Shown: piece after piece, positions 24,718-37,745 of the stretch
Layout of the letters: each line of letters opens with the position of its first letter
Position numbering within the stretch: the stretch's first letter is position 1
Source of the DNA: Octopus vulgaris
Taxonomy: Eukaryota
DNA length: 64,000 bases
Assembly: GCA_951406725.2 (NCBI GenBank)
Contig: OX597827.1
Location: forward strand, 84,320,001 to 84,384,000
Reading direction: 5' to 3'
Notes under the pieces: generated by a model
What the model was told of the DNA's origin: nothing
Seen by the model: the letters and a program-made list of their open reading frames with translations, nothing else
The model's database searches: none
Program-made: the position numbers and the translations under genes

Positions 24718-25390
24718 GTCGTCGTTGTTGTTATTGCTATGACTTTTATTGTTGTTATAGTGAGTTACTGTTTATGGTTCATTTTGGCTTCAAATATTTA
24801 CCATTTTTTTTTTGTTTTTGTCTGTTTTCTTTTCTATATTTTTTCTGTCTTTGTTGTTTGATGTTTGTCTTTGTTTCTCTTTAAAGCAGTATTATCACAT
24901 TGGTCATCTCTGTTGTGCAACGAGGATCAGATATTTTTATGGTGCCTTCTGGGATATGTTTTGCGTGTGTGTGTGTCTAAATATTTTGTTAAATGTGGTG
25001 GTCATTCGGAAACCCTTGATTCTCTTTCTTGATGGAATTGGTTCCCTCGGGATTTTTTGAAGATTGTAAAAAAAAACTGTTTTTACTTTGTTCATTGATG
25101 TGAAAGTTTTGTGAGAATAATGATGGGAGAGGGGGAGGTCAGAAGGGGGTCGGTGGGTTTGGAATCTTTACCAAGTGGTTGGGGGAGCTGGAGGGGATAT
25201 CTATGGAGGAATTCTTTTGATTGGCTTGCTGAAGTGTGTGTACGTGCGTGTTGGTATGTGTAATGTTGTGTGTGTGTGTGTGTGTATGTGTGTGTTTGGT
25301 ATGTGTAGTAGTGTGTGTGTGTGTGTGTGTTGAAAACGTGAAAAGATTTAAGTTGTGATGTCTTACGGTGAAATATTTAATATACAAAAC
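23240..25390 (-). pseudogene. Unidentified decayed coding-like region invaded by microsatellites
   Basis: Successive protein-like minus-strand segments are broken by stops and frameshifts. The segment PFKNLDLEISISNDFEGHLPVVSGVNEEPS has G/C at 26 of 30 third positions by manual count. Confidence 0.45.
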
Positions 25391-25495
25391 ATTGAAATAA
25401 TATTAAACCAGCCTCTCTCTATATATATATATGTTGCACATCACAACACTAAACGGTGTTCTATTCATTAGGAATCTATTATTATATTAATGTAT

Positions 25496-26650
25496 GCAGG
25501 TTGTCCCCCAAAATGGACTCATTCTTTAAATGACAATAAATGCATTATTTATAGACTTAGAAACAAGATTAATGGTTAGATGGAGAAATACATGTTTAAA
25601 ACTGTTCAAACTGACGACCACCGATTCCCAAACACAAGTGATATTGCGGACCAGTAGATCGATCAGTGTCACGAATCATTTCATTTGGAACCGTGACACA
25701 TTCTTTCAATTTCCCCTTTCAACTCATCTCGACTATTACTTGTTTTGAGTTGTGAATCCTATTTTTGAGATGTCCCCATAAAAAGAAGTCCATTGAAGTG
25801 TGAGAAAGCGCAGAGAATTCAACACTACCTCTTCACCCAATCCATCTGTTCGGAAAAGTTGAATCGAAATCGGTCCTTACATCAGGAGGGTAATGAGGAA
25901 GTGCTCTATCTTGCTGAAAGTAAATCTCTGCACCACCAAACAATTCTTCGATGCGTTGTTGAACGGCGGATTCCTGCAGCAAGTTTAGGCAAACATCCTC
26001 AGCGACAGAAAAGAATGTCCAATATTTCCCACCACACAGCAGGTCACTGGTAAGTTCAAATGGTGTTGCATAGTAACATGCGGTTTTTCAGTAGCCCAGT
26101 AGATGCAACTGTGTCGATTAATTGAAGCATTTAACTTAAAGCTGGCCTCATCGCACCAAACAATTTTGGATGGGAGGCACCCTCTTCGCATTTGCCCAGG
26201 TGCCACTCACAAAATTCAACTCTCCGGTTAGGATCGTCTTCATTTAGGGCGTGGATTAATGTTGGAATCTAACATTTCCAATGAAGTCGATTCAAAATGT
26301 GATTGGCGCTTGATTTCGGGATTTTTGTGGGGATTGGTGGAGGGGTTGCAGCTATAGTTTTCCTTTGTAGGGCTGGTTGATGATCACGGTCTTCCTGAAC
26401 GCTCCTTACGGACGTCATGCAAAGTTCTATCTGATTCAAACTCATCTTGGATGCGAGCAATGGTGCGCTGCGTCTGTGAATTATGAAAATGTCTTCTAAA
26501 TTGCCTTTGCACTTCCATGATGTTTTCGTGCTTCCAGTTTTACTTTATATTTCCCAGTAATACTTTTCTCTCTTCATAACTTAGTCGTGCTTCTGCCATT
26601 ATTAGGATCAATTTGATTTGAAGAGAAATGAAAAGTCCAATGAGCTTTGG
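25496..26650 (-). mobile_element. Decayed Tc1/mariner-superfamily transposase (DUF4817-HTH type)
   Basis: [73 protein letters not shown] and MDFFLWGHLKNRIH, with TIR-like caggttgtcccc at 25496. Confidence 0.85.
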
Positions 26651-27498
26651 GGGGGGGGAGTCAGAATGTGAATATATTTTATGGAGACTTTCTGTATTAA
26701 TTATTATTACACTACTCAGTTTTTGGAGAATTTGGAATACAAAATTTGTATTTATAAATGGATAATTAAAACCTCGCTGCGACGTCAGACAGATCGAACC
26801 CATCTTTTCGGTCCTTTGTTGGAATTAGCACTTCCATTCCCACAGTGAGCCTAGCACTCACTCTGTGTGTGTGTATGGAAGGGGTTGTATATGTATCTGT
26901 TTATATATGTGTGTATCTGTGAAAGCATGTACATAAACACAAGCATACACGTGTGTATATGTGTCGTTTATGTTATATATGCATGTATGTATAAAGAGTA
27001 CAGCCGCCTGACTGTGTATGTCATCTGGAGTTCCGACTCAACAATGTAAAAATAAGGCGACTTCTCTCATTAAGTAAATTCATCAGTGCGAAATGAACCT
27101 CTCCAACACGACCACCCACCCTCACAGACACCATCACAAACAACAATATCACTAACAATCGCGCACCAAAAGCCGGATTATCACCACCACCGCCACTACA
27201 AAGACCACCACTACAGTACCAGACAACCCAGTACTAACGATTCAGTTCCATTATTGTCACAGACTTGAAAGACATTTCTATAATATATTCTAGAGTGGAG
27301 GGTGTGGATGGGTTGGGATGTGGGTAGGTGAAGTAGTTGTCTTTCAACAAAGATGAAAGGATTCGTGTGACATACATACGTGTGTGTGTGTGTATATATA
27401 TATATATATGTACCGACACCCTCAGTCAGGGTATAGTGACGTATGTGTGTGTGTGTGCGTGTGGATATATATATATATATATATATGATGTGTGTGAG

Positions 27499-27555
<57 letters not shown>

Positions 27556-27806
27556 AAATGTGTGTGCTATGTATGTATGCGTGTGTGCCAGTGTGAATAA
27601 GATGAGTGTGTTAAAAACAACCTTCATTAATAGAAGTGAAATTAGCAGACACAGACGCCGTACATATGAAACTTCCTTCCATTGCTACACGAGTTTCAGT
27701 CGAGACTTTATAGTTGTGTGTGTGGTGTTTGCGTACACTTACACACATGTAGACATATATTTACTTGCACACACATGCAAACACACACACACACACACAC
27801 ACACAT

Positions 27807-27879
<73 letters not shown>

Positions 27880-28278
27880 AAATATACTTCACATTGTTCT
27901 GCTGTTACTGTTTATACCTCGTTCAGAGATTTATTATTGCTTGTTTACACTTTTTCAAGATCAGTGACGAAAAGTCACTGGAAAAAGGATAAATGTATTT
28001 GCATTGGGACCCTTCCATCGAAAACCGGTGATTGTCGTGCGCTGATGACGGGTCAATACCCAGAAACTGCAGTCCGTGCGTATCACTTAGGTTGACGAGG
28101 AAAGGATGACCTCCCTTTGCAAATACCGATAGGGCACAGAAAGTGTGTCAATAGCCAGCTGGGGCTACAAGCTACAGTAACATCCACCCTTCGTGGTCAG
28201 CCATATTTAGATGGCAAATATACTTCACATTGTCCTGCAGTTACTGTCTATACCTCGTTCAGAGATTTATTATGGCTT
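27880..28278. repeat. 63-bp direct repeats (27880-27942, 28216-28278) flanking 273 bp of unique sequence
   Basis: Both copies read aaatatacttcacattgt.ctgc.gttactgt.tatacctcgttcagagatttattat.gctt, with 4 mismatches. Confidence 0.85.
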
Positions 28279-28295
28279 ATATAGATATAGATATG

Positions 28296-28636
28296 TGGCA
28301 CTCCGTCGGTTGCGACGACGAGGGCTCCAGTTGATCGGATCAACAGAACAGCCTGTTTGTGAAATTAACGTGCAAGTGGCTGAGCACTCCACAAACACGT
28401 GTACCCTTAATGTAGTTCTCAGGGAGATTCAGCGTGACGCAGAGTGTGACAAAGCTGGCTCTTTGAAAGACTGAGAGAAAGTTGTGGCGAAAGAGTACAG
28501 CAGGGTTCGCCACCACCCCTGCCGGAGCCTCGTGGAGCTTTAAGTGTTTTCGCTCAATAAACACTCATAACGCTCGGTCTGGGAATCGAAACCGCGCTCC
28601 TACGACGGCAAGTCCGCTGCCCTAACCACTGAGCCG
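28296..28636 (-). mobile_element. tRNA-derived SINE (possibly chimeric)
   Basis: Minus-strand head ggctcagtggttagggcagcggacttgc...ggtttcgattcccagaccg has A and B boxes; the tail ends ...accgacggagtgccac followed by an (AT)-type repeat. Confidence 0.8.
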
Positions 28637-28670
28637 TTGTACCCCCCCCCCCCCTCTCTCTCTCTCTCTC

Positions 28671-28711
<41 letters not shown>

Positions 28712-29012
28712 AGCAGATGACGGAGAGAGAAAGTTGGTTCAATCTTACTTCATGTCAAGTTCTTCCCTACATGAACATGAAACTTCAATATAGTTCAACG
28801 TTGAACTTTGACCTTGATGTGCATAAACTATTATAAAGACTAGCGGGACCCGTTTCACGGAATTAATGGTATAAACCTATTGGGTTGTTTCTGAAAACTT
28901 TACCCCCAAAACCTGAAAGCGTAACCTGTGCTGTGTCTGTATGGAAAAGATAGTCGCTCATCTGTTATTCATTGGGAAGCGAAGGAAATTAGAACCCGAT
29001 GATTACTTGATG

Positions 29013-29365
29013 TGCTTTCTATATACGCTTTTATATACGCTTTATATACGCTTTATATATACGCTTTATATATACGCTTATACGCTTTATATATACGCTA
29101 TTACGCTATATACGCTATTACGCTTTCTATATACGCTTTATATATACGCTTTATATATACGCTTTCTATATACGCTTTCTATATACGCTTTCTATATACG
29201 CTTTATATATACGCTTTATATATACGCTTTCTATATACGCTTTCTATATACGCTTTATATATACGCTTTATATATACGCTTTCTATATACGCTTTATATA
29301 TACGCTTTATATATACGCTTTATATATACGCTTTATATATACGCTTTATATATACGCTTTATATA
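29013..29365. repeat. 13-bp minisatellite (A/C)TATATACGCTTT, about 27 units
   Basis: Direct reading of the tandem units; it accounts for ORFs 28941-29459 and 29012-29407. Confidence 0.95.
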
Positions 29366-31280
29366 CTTTATGCACAATTTTATAGAATTAATACACAGCA
29401 CTCATAACGGAATTGCACTTATGCGCATGCGTTACGTGATAGGTGATATAAAAAATTAGTTCAATAAAAAAAAAACACTTTTCGCAATTCATTCACCACC
29501 GTCCCTTCCACCACTACCACCATCACCATCTCTCTCCCTCCTCTCTCTCCCTCTCCTCTTTCTCTCTCTCTCTGCCTTTCTTCAACCTCACCATCAGAAC
29601 ATCACCTTTCGGCTAAAGTTATTTCTAACTCTCCTTCTTTATATCTTCTCTGTATCCTTCAACTAACTTTTTTAACCACATAATAAATATTACGTTCCCC
29701 CTACCACACATCAGAGACGCTTCACTTTCCCTCTTTTTCTCTCTCTGCCTTTCTCTCTCTCCCTTTTTCTTTCTCCCTTTTTCTTTCTCCGTCTTGTTCT
29801 CTCTTTCCCTCCAACTAATTTCATGAAACCGTTACAATTGCGTTCCCTCGGCCTCACGTCATGGACGCTTCTCTCTCTCCCTCTTTTTCTGCCTTTTCTC
29901 TCTTTCTCTTTTCTGTGTTTCTCTTTTTCTTTCACTCTTCGCCTTTCCCTTCAACTAATCATGTGAAAGCGTTGCGGACTGGCCAAGTAGCGTACGAACA
30001 AGCAGAAATATGAGCTGTACCATGATATGTCCCTACCACTGGACGGTTATTCTGGTGGTATGGGTATAACATTGAATAGTTTTACTACTGGATGGTTGTA
30101 CTATTGGATGGCCATAAACGTTGATTGATTACACCATTCTAGGGTAATGCCAATATAGGTACCATTGTATGTATCTACTACTGTGTGTTCGTAACACTTC
30201 GTGTGTGTGTGTACGTGTACGAATGTGTATATATATATATATATATATATTTCCTATTCTACCGTGTGTTCAAAGCCAGATATTGATCAGTAATATTTGA
30301 TTAGCCACCTCTCACCCGTCCGACCTTTGACTTCTACTCTAATACGGTTCTATTTCATACCACCGAAACCAGACTCTTAGAAAGCTGTAAAAGCATCGCG
30401 CGTGCGCGCACATGTGTCTCCCTAAATTCAACCCACCCCACCCCTATTCTATTGTCAACCCTAATAATCGACAAGGATCAGCCTCTTCTCATTGTCCCCA
30501 TCTAATTTTGATAAACAATCAATAAACACCCATTATCCACCCTCAACAACTGTAAGAACATTAGGGATGTGCGCGCGCGCGCGCGTGTGTGTGTCTTACA
30601 GTCTGTGTCTCTCCCCTGTACTCCAACATAGACCATGCCATACCAAACTACATCTGTCACAATCAATTGAGATGACGGCAGTAAAAACTCTTCAGCTGAC
30701 TGACTGACCCCGCCACCACCATCACCGTTACGTCACTACGCCGCTAAATCCCGCCGCCACCACCATCTCCCTACTCTACTCAACAACACGCCCCCTAAAA
30801 CAGTAGACGACCACCACCACTCCAGGAAAGTTAGACAGAACAAGGAAGTGGGGGTGGGTGGACAATGAGGATAATGAATGGTGTTGTTGTTTAGCCCTCG
30901 GTCAGAGAGGTCTATGATGAATGACATTCCACCATGACCATCTCGTCTACTTCGTTATCTTGGTACTACGTTAACGAATTTATCCTTCCATTTTAAGAAG
31001 GCTACCGTGTGACTTGAAGGAAATTTGGCTTCTATTTTAAGTAGGCTTAGCAACCGCAGTGTAACTCCTTTAAGGGTCAGTTGAAATGACGTTAAAGAGA
31101 GGAAGAGGTGTTCCTTAACAAACAGACCCGAACTAATTAGGTCTCGGTATGAACTCTCGCGAGATTTCAACTCATCTGCTACAACAATCTCACCTACAAC
31201 ACAACATATACACTCATTAACATACACTCCAATCACATTAATGTTTATACATACATGGCTGCTTACAGTGTGGACATATA

Positions 31281-31334
<54 letters not shown>

Positions 31335-32201
31335 CATACATACACACACGCACGAACGCACAGAATTAGAGGAATATACATGCAATTGGAAAACTCCTTT
31401 ATATGTCCGTATATGTAGTCATCTCTATGTATATATACATATACATATATCCGCTTGCGGTGCACACGCGCATGGGAGGTTTCCTCGCAGTTTTCTTTTA
31501 TCAAATTTCCTCTCGTGGCTTTGTATGGCCTGGAACTCCCTGTTCTCCGATTTGTCATTTGCACGTTTGCTGGAGCAAATATATTACTTTTGGTGTCTTA
31601 TTCCTAAAACTGAGGAATTGTTAAGAAGAGAGCCTCACCCGTTGCCTTGTTAGGCTCTCGCGGACCGAGGAGATCAACGGGGCTACGGGAGACGACAACT
31701 GCAGGAAAGAAACATGTGCAGTGTGGGAAATCCAGAGGGAATTGACAACCTGGGGCAGAAGGACTAGACGTTGCGGTTATGGCGGTGTGTGGGGGTGAGA
31801 GATCGGAAGTTGTGATGGTGGTTGCTGAGGTTTTAGGTGTTGGTGATGGTCACTTTTGGAACGTCGACGAGTGATAGCCGTCTTCGTAATAAGCTGTTAT
31901 TGCAGCAATGACTCTACCTGGTGGAACAGAGGTGTTGGTTGGTGATGGTCATTCTTGGAGAATCTACAAACACTCTTGTCACCATATTTTATTGATTTAT
32001 TGATGAGACACTGGCACCAAGTACTGGCAACTTTACGTACAAACCACACAGTGAGTGTGCACAGAGGGCTACATATATGCTTATTGTGTGTGTGTGTAAG
32101 CAAATGTAGTTGTGCATATGTGTGTAAATATGTATATACGTCATTCGTATGTACGTGTCTTTGCTGTAGTTTCTCTGTGTTCCCCACAAAGTGTGCGCGC
32201 T

Positions 32202-32264
<63 letters not shown>

Positions 32265-32469
32265 GTACATACCTCTGCTTATTCCTGTGGTGAAGATTGA
32301 ATCAGTCTCACGAAAGTGATACTGAATGCGCACAACACTTATTAATATACGCATAGCATAGCATACAAGTACATATATACACACACACGGATTTACATAC
32401 ATAAAAGTTTGATATTATCTAAATCAATGTGTAAAATGCTTATGTTTATGTAAATATACGTATACATAG

Positions 32470-32576
<107 letters not shown>

Positions 32577-32585
32577 TATATATTA

Positions 32586-32639
<54 letters not shown>

Positions 32640-32859
32640 AATACATGCACACACATACACACATACCAAAAAACTGGAAGGCCATAATCAAACATTTTTT
32701 AGACATCAAGCAATGATTCCTCTCTGCACAATTACACTTGCAGATGCAATACATTTCGTGCATTCGCAAGGACTATTATACACTTCATTATATATATAGA
32801 TATCCACGCACTACGTTATATATACATGCCGTTCGTGCAGTGTGTGTATGAGTGTGTAT

Positions 32860-32896
<37 letters not shown>

Positions 32897-33327
32897 ATAT
32901 AGTTGTATAAAAATATACATACAAACAGAGACACACGCAGAGAGAAACCTCATATAAATACACATTTTGTCCAAAATATCTCCAGAGCAATATCTTCACA
33001 TGCAACAGAATCTTAAAAGAGAATCACGTGCCAGTCTTTAACAGACAGTAACGCCACCTAGTCTCTTCCTCCTCCGACATCCACAAGAAATCCGTCCCCT
33101 CCGCCGTCATCACTCCAACGAAACACAATATGGACGCCATTAGAAGTAGCGGCTGTATTCAAATGCAATATTCTGTGTTTCCGGTGAGAAGGTCGAACTT
33201 TCCGAGGTCGACCAGAGACCGGAATTGAAGGCGCTTCTATCAGATGCACCAACACAGGAAGTGGAGAGACATGCCAGCAGGCAGCCTTCTTTCATGACAT
33301 TATCTATATGTATATATACATACATAC

Positions 33328-33388
<61 letters not shown>

Positions 33389-33478
33389 CATACATACATA
33401 CATACATACATTCATATATATATACATACATACATACATACATACATACATACATTCATATATACATACATACATACA

Positions 33479-33514
<36 letters not shown>

Positions 33515-33597
33515 TGCATGCTTACACACATAGTGTATATACATATACATACGTATACATAGTAACCTCTTTATATACATATGATACACACGCATAT

Positions 33598-33666
<69 letters not shown>

Positions 33667-34828
33667 TAGTACATACGTATACATACACATACATACCTAG
33701 CATGTTTATATATATATATGTTTATAGACACGCATACGTAAATAATATGGATATACATTCACACATACATACATTTCTATACCTATCTATATATACAGGC
33801 ATATACATATATGTATAAGTACATACATAAATAATTCATCTGTGCACACACACACACACACATACATTTACATGTATATATACAAATACATATATACATT
33901 TGTGTATACTTATATACAATTATGTATGTGCATATATACAGAAATATCGATATACATAAGTGTGTATGTGTGTGTGTATATAGATATACAATCATGTTAT
34001 ATATGTGTCTCTACAGATATATGCATATATGCAAGTGTAAAGATATGTACACACACATACATATAATTCATACATACATACATCATGTATATCTGTGTCT
34101 GTGTAACGGGGGTATAGAAGGGGGGGGTAGATTTAGCGAGGATGTTCCTTCCATAAAATGGTGATCGCAACCTATTGCAGCTGCTCGCTCATCAATGTTT
34201 TATTGAGATTTATTCACTGGTGTCCACACACACTCACACACTTTCCCTCACCTTCACATAGGTATATCTCGATTACTGCGTGTCTGTATAATGGATTTAG
34301 AGAAATCGATTACTGCGGTATATGTATCACTCTGTCTGCTGCCGCCGAAAGGAAACGGAAAGAAGAGAAGGAAACTAACAGAGGGAAAAAGTAACGAATC
34401 CTTTTCTGGATGGTTGAACAGGTTTGGATAACTAGTTAGGATTCATAACTTTTGGGTCCTAGGGGGAAATAGAACTTTAAGGTTTTAGGATGAAATCTAG
34501 GTGTGGCTGGTTGAGAAGGTACCCTCAACCTCCTGTCACTGGACTGAAATATTGAAGATGGAGTTTATGTTAATGAAACGGTGTTCGACATAAATGGTGG
34601 AAAAAGTTTCATCCGAATTTCCAGGGAGATCAGCAGAAATAGGTGAGGCTGGTTTATATCTGGAAGTGTCTGAACAGATGAAGGTTATTTGAGAGAACTG
34701 ACTCGTCTGATGCGGACTGCAATGGTGAAAGACTTTAGAATTTAGATAGACATGTTTAAGGTAAGAATGAAGGCTAACGCAGCACATACGAGGAAATAGT
34801 CATTTAATGATGAATTCAATGCTATTTT

Positions 34829-34880
<52 letters not shown>

Positions 34881-36009
34881 GAGATGCATGTTAGAATAGG
34901 AATTGGAAATGATGCTGGTGGTGGTGGCGTCGATGTCGCAGACACAGAAAACAAGAAACATTGCTTTAACAATCAACCATTGACACATCCATTAGGTTGA
35001 GTGAAATGTTGATACAAGTCAATACACTTGTGAAAGATAAAACTGCGATAAATTCATTTTTTATTTTTTTATTTATTTCTGGCGACATTTTCTCTGAAAT
35101 ATTTCAGAAATTAAAAAATTTCGTATCTTTCAAATCTGGATATTAATCGGGGAGAAGAGCAATGTGTGTTTTATATACATTTGAATACTTCGACAATCTA
35201 GCACCTCGCTTAATCAGCAGAAACCGAGTTATTCATCTCTCTCTCTCTCTCTCTCTCTACACGCGCACACACACACACATACACACAGGCACACACAGAT
35301 ATGTGTGTGTGCGTACATGTATATACTTTCAAACTTACTCTATCTTTTGTTCCCCCTCTCATTTTTCTTCTTTTTCTCGCTCCGCCTCTCTCACATTTCT
35401 TGGCCCTCTCTTTCTCCCACTATTTCCCATTCGTTTATCTCCCCTGCATCTTTCTCTCTGTCTCTGATTATTTTCTAATCTGTCAATTTCGCTGCCCCCT
35501 ACCCATCTCTTCTTCCACGTGGCTGGTGTCCGGCCAGCCATCATTATTCTTTCTTGGCCTGACTGCTGACCACCAACACCTCTTATGTCTATCTTCTACG
35601 TTCCTGCCTCTAGGCTTTCACTTCATACACGCCAGCTCAATTTGATTCGTTCTCAGTCGAAAGACGCCTGTTGTTATTTCTTGTTGTTTGTATTTGTAAT
35701 TGTGTATCATGTTCTCTGTTTTTTTTGTTTGTTTTTTTTGTGTGTCTGTGTTGCTGTACACATTCGCTAGCTCTCTTACAAAGGGGTCTAATGCTCTTAA
35801 CTTAGACTTTGGGTGGGGGTGCAACCAGATGGAACCATCTCAAGTGTAACTGCCCGAAATGGTCCTGACCTCTGGTACTTGACTGAGGAAAGAAAGCCAC
35901 GAATGACCCATCTTTTTTTGCCAGTCCTTCTAATTCTTGCTTCAATTGTTCGCCTTTGTATCGTCTATCTGTCCGAATGTTTTATTGTCCTCTATTGCGT
36001 GTTTGTTCC

Positions 36010-36077
<68 letters not shown>

Positions 36078-36118
36078 ACACACACATACATACACATATA
36101 TACACACACATACATACA

Positions 36119-36172
<54 letters not shown>

Positions 36173-36707
36173 ACCGTTGGTAAATCCTCGGAACCCCAGA
36201 TTCCTTACTTTTTCTGTAGATCCCATTTGATTCTTGAGGCCAATACAGGAAGCATTTCTTGGTCCCCAACAGAAGCCGTTTGAGTTGGTCATTGCCTTCA
36301 CTGCACACTATTCTCATTCTTTATGTTCTGGGATCCACCAGAGACAATTCAACTCCCACTCATCTCCCTTTCCCCCTTGATCCCTCCCCCTCTCATGCAC
36401 AACCCCCTGCATTCGTCTCCCTTATTCATCCATGGCCCCCACCACTCACTGAAGTCACATTTTCCAATTGTTTTTAAAGTGTGTCTTTCACAAAACTTTT
36501 TGTCCCCCCCCCCCCCCCGTGTACTGTCCTTCAGCCAACTTGGAGTAAAACAACTGTCTGTGCAACTGATGCAACAACATGCACCTGACATGACCAACCC
36601 ATCGAAGCTGATATAGTAATCAAAGGAGATATTCGTCTGTTCTGACATCGCTTTTCTATCTGTTCTGTCGTTGGAAGTTTTCCTCTCTGATGATATATTC
36701 CTAAGTG

Positions 36708-36872
36708 GAGAGAGAGAGAGGGGGGAGAGAGAGGGAGAGAGAGGGAGAGAGAGGGAGAGAGAGGGAGAGAGAGGGAGAGAGAGGGGGAGAGAGGGGGAGA
36801 GAGAGGGAGAGAGAGGGGGAGAGAGGGAGAGAGAGGGGGAGAGAGAGGTGGGGAGTGAGGGGAGAGAGGGGG
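36708..36872. repeat. Polypurine (GAGGGAGAGA)n tract
   Basis: 10-bp higher-order AG repeat, almost purely purine on the + strand. Confidence 0.9.
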
Positions 36873-36949
36873 GTAACGTGTAACTTTGAACTTGTCCTGC
36901 TTTTTTTGCGATATAATCGGTGAGTCATAGTATCTACCGCCACCCTTTA

Positions 36950-37330
36950 TAAACCCGACATCTCACAAGACTAAAGTTCTGCTACATCTGTTTCGATTCT
37001 GGATTCCTCACCAACTTCCATAACTGCCTTTTACAAAGCTTAACGGAGACTTACAATGGAGTATTCCAATTTCAGCTGCGATTCTGATTCTGCTACCGAC
37101 ACACAGACATTTCCTTCACTTTATCTGGAGGAAGGTTATGCGACAAAACTGTGAATTCGCTCACCAACACACTTAAGCATTTTGTCCCCTCCCGCCGCCT
37201 TTTCAACCACTACTCTAATAGCCTCTGCCCCATAAAGCTGCCTTCTCACGTGCTACCTTTCATTCAGTCACTCCCCGACTGACTCCTCTCTCTCTCTCTC
37301 TCTTCCCTCCACTCATATTCTGGCCACTTC
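36950..37330 (+). mobile_element. Highly decayed LINE RT C-terminal remnant (L2/CR1/Jockey-like)
   Basis: FYKA*RRLTMEYS resembles LYKAQVRPxMEY. Confidence 0.4.
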
Positions 37331-37475
37331 AAGCCTACTCCTTCTACCCCATAATGTGCCTCCTTTTGTCGAATTTGCCTCCTGCAGACGTCGTTTATTT
37401 CAGAAGCAGGTTCATTGCGTCAGTGTCACCGATATTAGACGCGACAGGCAGACTGCCTTCTACGTAAGCATGTAT

Positions 37476-37525
<50 letters not shown>

Positions 37526-37583
37526 AACTGAAACTTCATTATACACAACTCTGGGGTTACACTGATACGAATTTCCTTCCTCA

Positions 37584-37745
37584 GTGTGCGTGTGTGTGTA
37601 TGTGTGCGTGTGTGTGTATGTGTGCGTGTGTGTGTATGTGTGCGTGTGTGTGTATGTGTGCGTGTGTGTGTATGTGTGCGTGTGTGTGTATGTGTGCGTG
37701 TGTGTGTATGTGTGCGTCTGTGTGTATGTGTGCGTGTGTGTGTGT
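37584..37745. repeat. 18-bp higher-order repeat (TGTGTGCGTGTGTGTGTA)n, about 8 units
   Basis: Regularly spaced C and A variants within a (GT)n tract. Confidence 0.9.

Noticed and set aside
24628-24884. Poly-His / poly-Ile ORFs
   Set aside because: A pure (CAT)n microsatellite with no coding context.
28941-29459. 172-aa Tyr-rich repetitive ORF
   Set aside because: Produced by the 13-bp minisatellite cycling through frames.
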